Below the pieces are notes generated by a model. The model was given only the letters and a program-made list of their open reading frames with translations. It was not told where the DNA came from and ran no database searches. DNA of 64,000 nucleotides. Source: Vicugna vicugna (lineage: Eukaryota). How positions within the stretch are numbered: the stretch's first letter is position 1; each line of letters starts with the position of its first letter. The stretch lies in NCBI GenBank assembly GCA_013265495.1, contig MU058418.1:806001-870000 (forward strand). The letters are read 5' to 3'. The translations under genes were made by a program, and so were the position numbers. This document shows positions 1 to 13,565 of this stretch, one piece after another.

Positions 1-470
1 TGCTTTTCTTTTAAGTAGAAGTAAATCTACAAGTACTTATGAAGCTTTAAATAAAGATTAGACACTTTATTGGTAATTACTGCTTAAGTGTGGTTGTGGT
101 AGTGGTGGTGCTGAGATAACTGTTATGAAATTCATTTTTTTCTCCCCCCAAAAAGCTTACAAAATCCTATTTTAAAAAGTCATTCAGAATTATTGTATAA
201 TCTACAATTGACTAAACCTTTTTTATACAAAGTATTCTCTCACCTTGAAATACTACATTTGACATTTGCCCAAATTTGTGAATTTCTTAGACCTTCAAAG
301 TATTTGTGAAGTAATTATGTATGTAGCATATAGGTTCCTTTTTTAAAGGTCCTTGAGTAATTACTTGACTGAGTAAAAAGAACAGCAACAAAAACACTGC
401 ACCATGAGGTCTAATTAAGTCTGCTACATTTATACCACTAAAACCCTACAGATATCAGAGTCACAAATAC

Positions 471-603
471 CTTCTTCAAGGGTCTCAGGAATTTTCATTC
501 TAGCAAGATGAGACAGTAATAGAACTCTGGCCTTCAGGCTATATGGGCAGGTAAGTGGAGGCTCATTCTTCTTTAAGTTAATGCTGCCAATTTCTCTGAT
601 TAG
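471..603 (-). CDS. SEC63: SEC63 coding exon 10
   Basis: LIREIGSINLKKNEPPLTCPYSLKARVLLLSHLARMKIPETLEE(D); follows a 101-nt intron; G|GTATTT donor. Confidence 0.97.
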
Positions 604-704
604 CTAGAGTAAATAAAATAATTACTCAAAAAAATGTATACTTATAAAAGCATTAACTTTTAATACTTAAATGCCTTTTAAGGAACTCAGGAGACAAGCC
701 TAAC

Positions 705-799
705 CTGAGGTATTAGAATGTTATCTGTTGGTCTGCTTGTGGCATCTTTATTATACTGAGGATCAAATTCAGAGGCTCCAGCCAAAACCATGATAAGAC
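705..799 (-). CDS. SEC63: SEC63 coding exon 9
   Basis: LIMVLAGASEFDPQYNKDATSRPTDNILIPQ; tag acceptor, CAG|GTTAGG donor. Confidence 0.97.
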
Positions 800-2834
800 C
801 TAAGAAAACAAAAGAAATACGAAGATAAATAAATTCACTCATCTATTAATTCTCCACATAAAACTTGATTAATCCTAGAGTGGGGAAGTTTTCTAATCAC
901 TCACAATGCTAAAATCACCTAACTCTACTACTAACAAGTATTAATTTCTCCCATAACAAAAGAAACATCTCACTTTTTAAAATGTATGCAACATTACCTA
1001 CCACAAGTGAAAAGAAATATACATCAAATTAAGGGCCCTGAAGCAAGTAGATGCATTAAAACCACTACAAATAGCATCTATTTCTAGACCTAAGCATGTG
1101 TTCCACAGAAACTTTGTACATAGCACTAAGTATTCGATGTGACATTACTAAATGCTTTGTGGAAAAGGGGGGCTCTCTATGGTTAAATAAAGCTGAAAAA
1201 TAAGAGTTACAAAGAGTTCCAGGTTTCTTCACTTCATGACTCCTCAGAGCCTTGAGTAAACTAAAATACACTGCAATTTACAGAAATTTTTATTATGGAA
1301 CCCTAGAGGGTTTTGTAGGAATACTGCTCCTTGAAATACACATGATTTGCAGTCACATATATTAGCATTACTCTCTTTAGCCTGCACAAGCTCTTTAATG
1401 ACTGGAATTATAGTCATCAATCTCAATTTACAGCAGAAAATACATGCAATGTCCTCAGTACAGAGGTTAAGTGTGTAGAGCCTGGTGCTTTCACTTTCTA
1501 GTTGAGTGGCCTAGGACAATATTCTTCACCTCTCTATGGGCCTCAGTTTCTTCAAATGTGCCTGACACACAGTCAGCATAGTAATATGTGTGAGCTATTA
1601 GTATTACTACCTCCAATGTTTGCATGAAAAACAACTGTTCCTAAGACAGCCATATAAATGGCGCCAATGGTAAAATCAAGGATATATATAACCAAACCCA
1701 CCTGCTAAACAAAGCTTTTCTGATAGAATTAATTGTGTAAGGCTAAGTACCACCCTCAGAAACAAAACAGACATCAAGATCACTGAATCAAACCAAAAAA
1801 AAACCCATTAAAACAGATTATAAACATAAAACATTTTCATAAGGGAGTAAATTTATATATCACTATTTCAATCCAGCATAAGAGTGGTATGTGTGCATGA
1901 AGGAGGGTAACATTCACTCATTCCTCAGAATTAAAAGATATGCTCATTCTTCAGAAATATAAGATCAGCTCACATAGTCAAGTGATTCTAAGGAGACTCT
2001 CATTACCAAGAAAATTAGTAAAAGTGGAAAATACAAAAAAGTCCACTCAGATTTTGGAATAAAAACGCATTCTCCAGTGAGGCAAAATTTAAAATTTACA
2101 TCTTTCTTTTTTTTTAAAGGACAGGAAGGGAAATGTCTATGATTTATTTCCACAGAGCAGTGATTCTGAAAAGCAACACTATATATTTCAGGGATAAAAT
2201 TTACATTATTAGCTTTATGGGGTCAAAGAAAGTATTTAGGATGGTACTTTTTCTTCATAATAAATTTTGAAAAAAGACTCTGGGAATGAAATATTCTGGC
2301 AGCTTTCTTTCAACACATCCAAGACCTCTACTTATTTGACACAAATAACACAGTATAACGTACTGGTTTAGGACTTGGAAACCACATTACCTGGGTTCGA
2401 TCCTGGCTCTGTCATTTACTATAATTCCTTGGGCTCAGTTTCCTCATCTATTAAAACCAGCACTTACTTATGGGGGCATACAAAGATTAAATTATTTAAT
2501 ACATGTACAGTGCCTAGCAATGCCTGGCAACAACAAATACTCAAGAAATGTTAGCTGGTATTATTACAAAATTAGCCCACAAGAAGCTTTACCATACAAT
2601 TTCTAGGGGGAAAAAGATACATGTATATGAAAAAGATAGCTGAGTAAATGGGAGTAAAAGAACTACAAGATCAAGAAATGTAATAAAGGGTGTTAGCATT
2701 TTCCTCCAGCTTTAGTTACATAAATTGAATATCCCTGAAGCTGAACTATGGAATTTTTCCAGTTGAATATATATCAATTCCACATAAATGACTCAGAAAA
2801 TAATATAATATCACAGTTACATAAATTTACTTAC

Positions 2835-2943
2835 GTTTCATATCCATATTTCGAGTTTTATAAACAAAATATGTATAAATCTGTGTTGTGCGTATTAGAA
2901 TCTGGTCTCCACTATAGCGTATTGAGCGATACCACCAAGAGCC
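2835..2943 (-). CDS. SEC63: SEC63 coding exon 8
   Basis: GSWWYRSIRYSGDQILIRTTQIYTYFVYKTRNMDMK(R); tag acceptor, C|GTAAG donor. Confidence 0.97.
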
Positions 2944-3875
2944 CTAAAATGTAAGCAAAATTAAACAAGAAATAGCATGAAAACCACAATAAATGTTAAA
3001 TTTGATGCAGAATATTTTATGGTCAAATTTTCTAAATGCCTACAAATCAAGAAAAAGACCCGTTCTTTAGAACAAATACATTTGTTACATATTTTAAGTG
3101 ATTTATTTGGCAAATACTTACACTGCCTGATGACTAAACGCCAGCCTACCTCACTACATATATATAATGAAAACATTTAAGTTTTAGTTAGAAATTGTTT
3201 AAAGAAAAAATAGGAATGAAACAACCCATTGATAGAAGCAACAAGCTGGTTCCTGACAGATAGCGTATATTCAACAGATATTTGATAAGTAAGTGTAGGA
3301 GCAATTTTATAGTTGATATACTACTTTCATTCACATTATTCCATACAATTGGATCCTCACACAACAATCCTATGAAGAAGGCAAGACAGATTAATTGTTA
3401 GCCTCACTATGGGACTCAGAGGAACCATAAGATCAGAAAGAACACCACCGGTCATAAAAAAATAATAAATAAAACCATAAACTTTATGGTTTCTCCATAT
3501 TGAGGTACTATGCAGTTGCTTTAAAAAATGAGGTTGTTCTATATGTTGTTCTATATGTTGTACTCTTAATATATGAAGCAAAAAAAGTTACACAACAATA
3601 TATATAGCAAGATCACCTTTTTTTAAAATGTGCATATGAATGTATACATAACGCACAAAAAATACCTGAAAAGGAAAACACCAAACTTAGCAGTGATATT
3701 ATCTGACAGAGAAATGGACTTGGGGGAAGTGGTAAAGGAAGACTTTCATTTTAAGCTCTAAATACATCTGTATTATCTCATTTGTATGTAACTTCTGGAT
3801 CAGAAGGAGATAAATTTTAACATACTAAAGTGATGCCACCTTCAGAAAACTTAATGTATAGCTGAATATAAGATT

Positions 3876-3966
3876 CTTAAAATTCAGAGTTTGGGTCTTT
3901 GAGCACAAGCCACCCATTCTCTTTGCTTGGCCCTGTAATAAACCTTTCTCTGCTTTAAAAAAAAAA
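3876..3966 (+). mobile_element. Short polyadenylated ERV LTR 3' fragment
   Basis: GTCTTTGAGCAC..CTTTGCTTGGCCCTGTAATAAACC resembles the LTR at 27961-28895; AATAAA at 3937, A10 at 3957-3966. Confidence 0.6.
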
Positions 3967-4080
3967 TCAAAGATTAATGGATTATATTCTAATACAAATA
4001 ACAATCTTATAGGGAGACTGCAAAACATGCCACCAATTCCCTTCCTCAAAAAAATTTTAATGAAAACAGCTGGAACTTAC

Positions 4081-4131
4081 CACAACAACTGGAAGGATAA
4101 CCATGAATGCCAACCCATACACAAGTAAAAC
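4081..4131 (-). CDS. SEC63: SEC63 coding exon 7 (TM3)
   Basis: VLLVYGLAFMVILPVVV; cag acceptor, GTG|GTAAG donor. Confidence 0.97.
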
Positions 4132-4329
4132 CTGGGATTGAAAAGGAGAGAAAAAATTACAGCCTTCATCAGGTAAATTACAACATCCAACTCATTTTGA
4201 GGCTTACATAGGGGAGACACAATTTAAAGCACTCCTCATGTAGTATTTCATTTAATCCTTATTTTCAAACTCTGTGAGGAAGGTACCATTATTACATTCC
4301 TTTTGCTGACAGGGAACCTGCAGCATATA

Positions 4330-4365
4330 CAGTCATCCCTCAGTATCCCTGGGGAACTGGTTCCA
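4330..4365 (+). mobile_element. MER2/Tigger-type terminal inverted repeat fragment
   Basis: TA|CAGTCATCCCTCAGTATCCCTGGGGAACTGGTTCCA resembles the recalled MER2 terminus with a TA target site. Confidence 0.55.
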
Positions 4366-4599
4366 ATCTTGAAACTACCTCCAAAAGGAATCACAACTTT
4401 AAAGTTCTAAAACTACCTTAGAACACACCAAACGAGCAACCTAATAACAGGAACCAATTCTTTTCCCCATTATACCAAAACAGTTTTCACAATACACAGT
4501 TAAATTAAAAACAGCATATCAGTATTTTCTTTGTAATGCTCTCTTTATATTAACAAAATATGTCAAACGCATTATAATGTCTTATTTAAGTATACTTAC

Positions 4600-4658
4600 C
4601 AAAATTGAATTTTTCTGATCAACTATCCATGCTGGCAGGGCAATTCCAAAACTTGTGG
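4600..4658 (-). CDS. SEC63: SEC63 coding exon 6
   Basis: (A)TSFGIALPAWIVDQKNSIL; tag acceptor, TTG|GTAAG donor. Confidence 0.97.
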
Positions 4659-5229
4659 CTAAAATAGGAAGAATATTTCTGAAGAGTCTCCACTTCCAGT
4701 TTTATTTATTTATATCCCCAAATTCTACCCTGTGCCCCTCAAAAGAGCTTTAAGATGATCTTATTATGTGTTCTCGTTACACGAGTTGATGGATAGGGTT
4801 TATATCTGAAACTTCAAATTTTTTCAAAAGAAAAAAAAAACCAAGTACGTGAATTTCTTCTTCCCAGAACATCAAAATTCTTTCATATGTCTTGAGTTTA
4901 TATAAACACTACGAATATATGAGAAAATGTTTAGTCAGTTAAAAAAAAAGATTTTTTCATCTAATTTTCATCAACTACACTGGAAATGATGAATAATGAC
5001 TGACTACTCTTCTCAACAAATCAGTCTAAGTTCTATCTTTCCAAGTAGTCTCTAGAAAGAAAAATTAAGTAAAAATTAATTAAAGGGAACTCAATTTACA
5101 TAACTGTTTAACTCCTTGTGGTTGTAATTTTCTTATTCACAAACTAAGAAAATCATTCTTTTCAATCTAGTTAATATTTTCCTAATATACACCATAACCT
5201 CAGTATTTTTTAATCATAATTTACCACAC

Positions 5230-5291
5230 CTTGAGGCCCATCTGGATTTCCAAACTCTTCCCAATTTTTCCGGGACTCTTCATCAGTTAAA
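5230..5291 (-). CDS. SEC63: SEC63 coding exon 5
   Basis: LTDEESRKNWEEFGNPDGPQ; tag acceptor, G|GTGTGG donor keeps frame with exon 6. Confidence 0.96.
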
Positions 5292-7577
5292 CTAGCATAC
5301 AAAAAAACAAAGGTACAAAATTAGGAAGCCACATCTGAAAAATAAATACTCATATACACAAATTCCATTAACCCACCAACTCATATCCTAAAGATACCAA
5401 TTTCAGAGAATCAACAAAAACCTCTCTGAAATTACCCAAAAAAAGGAGGAGGGGAGGAGAGTAAGGAACTCAGCATTAACAGAAAATGCTAACCACTGAG
5501 CCCTGACACAAATTCCTAGTTGGCCCATAAGTTCTCAAGTTTAGCCAGTTTAAGCCAGAAGATGACACTTTAAAGGCTATACCTCATCTTCTAAGAAGGC
5601 AAGTAGGATTACAGGCAACTTTTAAAATCTTATATGCTCGTATCTTTTCCAAAATTTCTTCAATGAATATGATTATACTTTAATAATGATATATATCTAT
5701 TTTTAAAATACAATACATGAGTAATAATACATGATTAATAGTAATCTCTCCAAAAATGCCATCACATTCTTCAAGAAAAAAATGAACAACACCTATAAGA
5801 CTCAACTGCTATGGGCAAAAAAAACGCACATTTACAAATACACATAAATTCTGTACGCAATTTCAGAGACCTCAGGTTATAATTCCCGATCCAGAGAATG
5901 CTTTCACTAAATTATATGTGAGTGACCTGAGTTGGCTATATAGAGCTAAGTTACATATTCATATGTAAGAACACATGAAGGCACATGTTTTTAAAAGTTA
6001 AAATAGCTTTAACAATGTTTATCCATGCTGCCCACTCGTTATAAAAGTAGCTTAAGCAAGCATAGGTTTTACACCCAAAAGCAAAATCTCAACTATAACA
6101 AGAGGAATGAACTAGATAGTTATACATAAGATAGCAGCTTCATTTCAATCACTGATAACTTATATTTAGTAAAATGCACCCTTTTAACTAATCTAGTTAT
6201 ACTGGTACAAGTTACAATAATTCAAAGTTCTGGGTCCCATAATCATTTTACTTCATTTGTCTGATAGATCAAATATTTAAGACATTTTAAATACAAAACA
6301 TTCTACATCTTGATCATGTAACTGAGTTAAAACCAAAGGCCACATATTATTCTTCTGTACTCTCTAGAACAGTGACCACACATAATAGATTTCCAGGAAC
6401 CTGAGAACAAAATCATGAACTTGAAAATGTTATAATACCCAAAACTAGGGGGTGGGGGGGTAACTACACCAAAAGCACTAAAATTAAAACTACTAATTAA
6501 TCTTGGCTATCTGTCTTCCTCTGGACATCTTCAGTTCTTTTTAAATTACCTGAAGACAGCAACTAAGGCACTGCAATACCTGTGCAACAAGGGTAAATGC
6601 TTGAAGGAGACACACTGGAAAAGGGGGAAAAGGAGACACCAACTGAAAGACAGTAATCTTGAGGACATCTGCTGTGTAGAAAACAAAATGTAGTGCACAC
6701 TTCAAAAGCTCCTGAAGGTGCTGCTTTATTATAGAATCGCATTCACATAGATAAGAAATCCATAAGTGGGAGTGGGGGAAGGCAGAGAGGAAGCACAGTC
6801 AATATACTTTTATTAAGCACAAAAATGTGTAAGACAATAATATTTTCCAATCTTCTGGAATTCTCATTCCACTTTCACAGTCTATTATATCTGCATAGCC
6901 TATTATTTACTTATAGTTTTTAAATTAGCTTAAAAAATTATAACACCACTGAATCCTCAAAAATCAGATAACATCTGTATTTTACTCTTGTCTGTATTTT
7001 ACTTTTTAAATTCAACGTAAGAGCTATGTGGGATATACCTACCATGATTCCTGAAGAGTCCAGCTAACTTTTTTATCGCTTGTAATATTAATACTCAAGG
7101 AAAAACTACTTCTAATTTTATATACTTTATCCTGTTCCCCAAAATTAAATTCATCTTATAAACAAACCTAATTACCGCCCCAAATTAAACTCATCTTTAA
7201 ATAGTTTAAATGAGACAAGCTACAATGTCAAAACAAAAGAAAATAGATATAGCCTAATAAAAAGCCTAGAAATGAAAATAAGATGTAAGTATATCCCTCT
7301 TCTAATCACGATGCTTAGAAAATAGCTCAATTAACATATGACTTAATATTTAATTTGGTCAACTCACAGGACAAAAGCACTACTATAAATTACTAAAATT
7401 AAGATTTAGCTAAATTACCATTTCAGGGTTGCCAGATAGTTCCATAAATGACAGACAATACATGAGGTCAGCATTTAGTAAAAGTGTATGACAACCATTT
7501 TATTTACTCTTTTATTCAGACAGAGAACTATATCTTTACCACTCTTAAAAATATGTAATGGGTCCTATAATACTTAC

Positions 7578-7690
7578 GCTGCATAAGCTTTTGCTATCCT
7601 CATGAACATAACTTCATCACCTCCTTTATCTGGATGATATTTAAGTGACAGCAAACGATACTGTTTCTTAATTTCTGCTACTGTTGCCCC
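7578..7690 (-). CDS. SEC63: SEC63 coding exon 4 (J domain with HPD motif)
   Basis: GATVAEIKKQYRLLSLKYHPDKGGDEVMFMRIAKAYA(A); HPD at 7628-7636; tag acceptor, GC|GTAAG donor. Confidence 0.98.
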
Positions 7691-9102
7691 CTAAAAGAAA
7701 AGGTTGTGTTTTAGTAAAAATAAGTATGATGCTGTAAAAACATAATCTATCTCACTTTGAACTTAAAATATTAACTACTCAATATTTTCAGAAAGAGAAA
7801 ATAAAGTTTTCATCCTATATGTATCTTGTCCCATATTTCACTCACATATTTTTTAAATAAAAATACTCTGTCCAATATATTTATTTTATTAAGCACCTAT
7901 TATGTGCCAAGCAGTACCCTAGGCACTGATAATTTGAGAGTGATGTTATATAATGCTATTTAAATAAAAATGGTATTGAACATCTATCTTCTTAAACATA
8001 TAGAATTTAAAAAATAAAATGATAGTGATATTTAAATATCAAAGAGTGATCACAGTAAATTAAGTCTGGCTGAAAAAAACCTCAAATCAAAGGTCAACTT
8101 CCTTTCTAAGAAATTATCTAAAGAATACCTGGTTTTATCAGCCTGTCAGCATTTTAATATTAAGTAAATATTTCATAAGTCTACCTTAGTTGTTCTTAAT
8201 TAGATTCAATTTCTATTAATAAATTTTTCATACTGATTTTTATGGTATTAAATTGCCCTAAACCTTTTGCTCTTAAAAGTCTCTCCTGATAACCATGATC
8301 ATCACAGTAAGAAAATTTAGCTGACATGCAAACTTCACTTCTATAAAGCAGAAAATGAGAAGATAAACACACTCTTTTGTATTTTATGAATCTCTGGATC
8401 AAGCCATTTACTGAGCAGAGACTAGAAGTAAAAGAAAGTAGTTTAGGGGGAAAAATGGACACTAGATTCAGCTTGGCTGCTAAGAAGTTATACGACCCCA
8501 GACAAGGCACAAATTTTCCAGGCCTCATTTTCTCCATCAGAAAAAAAAAAAGGCTGGATGATCTCTAGCATACAGTTCAGTTCTAACTTTCCACTGATAA
8601 ACTTAAGACTAATTTTCTACTAGGATCCATTAATCCAGTTCAATCAAGAAAGTCACCTAACAAGTACACTTAAGGTTAACTCGAATTTCTATGACAAGGA
8701 CACCAGTTCTTTATAAGACATAAAGACTTAATGCCTTGCCTTAGTGTCAACTAACACAGGGTCCTAAGACTTCTATCACTCAACCAATATAAATGAACCT
8801 CCTGGTTTTAACTTTGCATTAAACCAATCTTGTAAATGTCCTTTAAAAATGTACTAACTTCTCATCTCATCTTCAAATATTTTTACATTTTAGCAATTAC
8901 AAACCAACCTTAAAGGATGGCAATCAACATCTGTAGCTTAAAAAAACCTACACGCACTAGAATAATAATGGATTAGGTATCTCATTTTAACTGACCAAAG
9001 TCTGATTTCTTTAAGCACAGCTCAATTTCTTTTAGGATGTGGACCCACAGTATTTTCACGGGATCATTAAACTAATGTGTATTATATAAAAATACTACTT
9101 AC

Positions 9103-9217
9103 AGGATCCAAATTTAATACTTCATAAGGATTGTATTCTTGATATTCTCGGTCTGTTTTGGAAACTTTGTATGCAAGGAATAAGAACAAAGCCCATCCTG
9201 CAAGCAGAACTATTTTC
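9103..9217 (-). CDS. SEC63: SEC63 coding exon 3 (TM2, start of J domain)
   Basis: KIVLLAGWALFLFLAYKVSKTDREYQEYNPYEVLNLDP; cag acceptor, CCT|GTAAGT donor. Confidence 0.98.
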
Positions 9218-9859
9218 CTGTTCAGGAAAAAGATAAGTGAAGTATAAGTAAATACAACTTTATGATTTTCCTTTAAGATTCTAAACACATTATTGCATGA
9301 TAAAGGCATAAAACAATCCAAAGTAGTCTCATATCACTGTGCTATTGACTCAAATTTATAATCACTGAATTGTAAGCTGTTATAGCAAGGACAGTGTCTT
9401 TCACGTTTGAATTCTCTGGATTCTAGCAGTGCCTGGCATGTAATATTCCCTCAGTTACTATTTGCAGAATTTTAAGAAGTTAATTCAATTTATTAACCTA
9501 TTAGACCCATTACATTAGATCAAAATATATTAATACAAGTATTCAGTTAATCATTTAATGTAAAAAAGAATTGCTCTTGACCTTGTAATTATATTTTTAG
9601 TAAGATAAAGCTACAAAAAATAATGGGTCAATTGTGTAAAGATAAAGAAATAGCCTTGTTTATAAGAGTAAAAATTTGGAAAAAATCTTAATGTCCATTT
9701 ATAGGGAATTAATGAAACCATTTATAGGAGACTAATTAAATAATTAAATAAACCAAAATACAGCCAGACAATGGAATATTTTTAGCCAACAAAGATGTAG
9801 AAAAATGTGCGTAACAGATTATGACATAAAAGAACATATAGTTTGAAAGAAAACTAATT

Positions 9860-10410
9860 TCCTTTCTCTTCAATATGTTCTATTTAGTAAAAATACTTAA
9901 AAGATTGATATTACCAGTACTGGAGAGGCTAAGGAAAAAAGGAACTCTCATATACTCTACACTTTGAAGGAATATCTGGCAATAAGGGATCAAAAGCCCC
10001 AAAGTATGTAACTTTTCAACAATCAATCTACTCCACTTTAAAAAATTTAGAAGGAAATGAACTAAAATTAAGTATATAAAGTGTAAAAGGCTGGTAACAG
10101 TTATAAATAATAGCAGAAAACATGCACACACACACACATAAATGTCCACCAATAGAGTACTGAACAGATAAAGTAACAGTACATTCATAGAGAAGTATTA
10201 TTTAGCCACTAAATATATTTCCTGTGGAAGATTATCTACGTTGTATTGTTCAGTTTAAAAAAGAAAAATGGCTTTCAAAGCTGTATGTATAATATAATCA
10301 TATTTTTATAAATAAAAGTTTATTATAAATAAAAATATAGAAGGTAAATCATCTTAATAATGGCTATCTTTAAGTAATGAAATTGAATAATTTTTATTTT
10401 TTATACCTTT
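9860..10410 (+). mobile_element. Ancient L1 (L1ME-like) 3' fragment
   Basis: Degenerate L1 ORF2-end/3'UTR motifs (GGAACTCTCATATACT, AAATGTCCACCAATAG). Confidence 0.55.
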
Positions 10411-13400
10411 TGTATCACAATGTTACATCAAATAGGAATTATTAAGCAAAGACTTAAATGAATCACAGAAGGCCTAATCAAACAACACTGAAGTGACTTG
10501 TTTTCAAATACAGAAAAAAACATGTTTAAGTTCTCTTGGTAGGAACCTAGTTAAACATGTTTATTTGGAATGAGCTCCTAGGATCCAGTTCCAACCTACC
10601 TCCTTACCTTTATCACTCTGGTTTTTCAAACAAAATAAATCCCCGTCTCCCAAAGTTTCCTAAGTTGTTCCCACCATCATGCTTTTTGCTGTCTTGGATT
10701 TTTCTACCTAGAATTCCCATTCCCCATCTCTACATATGTAAAGCATACTCATCCTTCAAGACAACTCAAATTGTTTACCCTCCAAGAAGCAATCCTTAAC
10801 CATCAAGATGATCAATGGCGAGACCATGGTTACAGTCACAAAGAAGCACAAACCGGGACTTTCCTCCTCTGACTCGTTGCAAACTCCTTGAGCACGTAGA
10901 CAGGACCTTATTCAGTCTTGACTAACCTCAGAGCAACTTAAACATAAATTGCACTCAGATGCAAAGTTCTTTCCATCTGGCCAAACTAATGCTCTAAACC
11001 TTATTAAGGGCATAATACTGCAAGCTGCTCTCCACACTATCTGTATGCCCAAAGACAAAGGGGGAGCCCTACCTGGAATACTCCCACTTTCACCTGGCTA
11101 TTAGGGAGAGGTAGTTAAGAACATAGGCTCTGGAACAAAACTACCTGAAGCCAAAACCCAGCCTTACCATTTAGCTTAGCCTCTTACAACTCAATTTACA
11201 ACTGTTAGGGTGGGTTTGACAATTAAATGAGGTTAGGTATGTAAAGCATCTAGAAGGTGCCTCACAGATAGTAATCAAATTCACCTTAGCTATTGGCTGT
11301 TATTAGTAACTCTTACTCAAGTCTCAGCTCTCAGCTAGGACTTCACTTATTCAAGGAAGCCTCTGTCTCAAGCCAGAATTAAGGGCCCTTCCTCTGCTCT
11401 TTCATGGCGCCCCCTATCACCCTCCCTGCTTACAACCCTTACTAAACTCTATTATCGTTACTTGTTTACTTGCCAGTACTTGTACAGCATATCAGCGCCT
11501 AGCATAATACCTGACACATATATAGTAGGCACACAATAACTACTTATTGAATAATGAAAATAACTTAGTTATTTTGACTCAAATTTTGACTCAAATCCAA
11601 AGTTTGTTAATACTCTCAATATGCTAAAGAATACTTGAATATATACTTTATTTTCACACAAATTTAGTTAACTCCACATTTTGTTTTGCCAACTTTCCCA
11701 AAGATCAGAAAACAAAGATTAAGGTGAAATTGAAAACTGCTAAAGTAAAATTTTAAAGCAAACAAGGGTAGAAGAGAAAGGGAATAAAACACCTAAGACA
11801 CTACACCCCATGTTAGATGTTCTACGTGTAGCATATGGCTCTCTGAGCCAAAGAATAAAGAGGTCCATGACAGAATCTCCAGGCTGATGAAAACTACCAT
11901 AAACAATAAAAACCATTCTCATTTCCTGAAAGCCAAAGCAAAGGTAGAGACATGATGGATTACATCATGCTCTAGGCCCAATTTTTTAAAAGCATGGTTG
12001 ATTTCTCTGAAAAGATAAGCATTTTCCCTACATATAGTTTCAGTAATTAACTTGAAATCTTGTGTTTTTTTCTCCAAATACTTTAAAAATCATTGTGGAA
12101 GCAACTTTCAGAAATTTGAGAATTACACAATGACTGCTTAATTTTGAAAGAATACTTCAAGGTTAAGTAGCAAAAAGGTTTTGATGGTTTCTGACCTTTT
12201 CTAAATTTTTACCAGTACCTACCTAAATATTCCTTATTTAAACATCCATTAAAGTAAATCACTGTACTTCCACTTAAGTAAATCACTTTACTAATCACTG
12301 AAGAGACCTTCACAGAGTTGGGTTTTTTCCTTGAAAACTGAGGTTTCAGATACTACAACATGTTGACCAAATCCCAAAAAAGAAAAGATTGGAAAGCCAA
12401 AAATATTTGTCTTGCAGCCTCATAAAAGTTTAATCTAAAACGAGAAGCAATAGCAAAGAATAAATAGTGAACGTGAAACTACTCTTGAAACCACTAATTT
12501 TGCCTTTTAGTTTTACACCACTAAAGAATTTTTAACACCAAAGCTACAAAGGAACTAAACTAGGCAAAGTAGAACCTTGCAAAGAAAACTATTTAAACCT
12601 CATTAAGTAATACACATATGTTGAAAACTATCATATTCTTTTAAACCAAGATTTAAAAATAACCAGTTCTACTTTTACTAATTTCCTCTGCTAGGTCTTG
12701 CTCTCCTATCTACTAGATAGACAGATGGAGATAGTTCACAAGATATAGTCATCCAGTAACAGCAACTTTTTTGCCCCCTATCAGTTTCATCTATCACCTC
12801 TAAATTGATGACTTAGGGTAAAGGTTCAAAGCCTAGGGGGCTCTAACCAGCATACCTCACAGCCCTGCAAAGTCAAAGATGCCTACTCCAATTAAACATG
12901 CCAATGGCCTTTTTAAGCAGCTGGGCTTGCCAAAATAAAGTGTAACTAGGTCCCCACTCCACCACTTCTTGCTTTAGGATATTGGTCAAGTGACCTTATC
13001 TTCTTAGCCTCAGTTTCCTTGTCTGAGAAAAAGCAGAAACGTCTTCCTTGAAGTTAATATAAAACTGAAGTAACATATAAAACCCTAGCACAGCACTTGG
13101 CACACAATTTGTGCTCAATAAACTTCAATTACCATGAAATGCAAAACTGACCATGTCACCTCCATGCTTTTGATAATCTTTTAAAGATTCCTCCATTAGC
13201 CTTTAAGAGAAATTCAATTCCTGACACAAGATATACAAGGTCAAGTTATGATTTCTCTTTCGCCCCTCCTCCCAAGTCAGAGTATACTCTTCTAACTTCT
13301 AAACCACTCTGTTCAGACTACTCTCAAATTTACTAATTACATCCTACCCCTCCTAAGGCTACAATTTCTTTACAGGCATATTTTATTCATCATTATACAC

Positions 13401-13465
13401 CTATTGTATGAGATGCCTAGCAAAGAGTAAACACTAAGTATTTTTTATTGAAACCAATTACTTAC

Positions 13466-13565
13466 TTTACTGTAGGAATAATATTTGGCTGGGGTTTTAA
13501 TAACCGTAAACGATACCACATACATCTTCCATATACTTTTCTGATATTCTTTAATCGATTTTGCT
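13466..13565 (-). CDS. SEC63: SEC63 coding exon 2
   Basis: cag|AG..; (E)QNRLKNIRKVYGRCMWYRLRLLKPQPNIIPTV(K); donor AA|GTAAG. Confidence 0.97.

Noticed and set aside
548..556. Perfect + strand donor CAG|GTAAGT inside exon 10
   Set aside because: It is the reverse complement of the Pro-Leu-Thr-Cys codons; no supporting antisense exon.
12828..12845. CTCF-like GCCTAGGGGGCTC
   Set aside because: Lacks the CCA start of the core; weak match.
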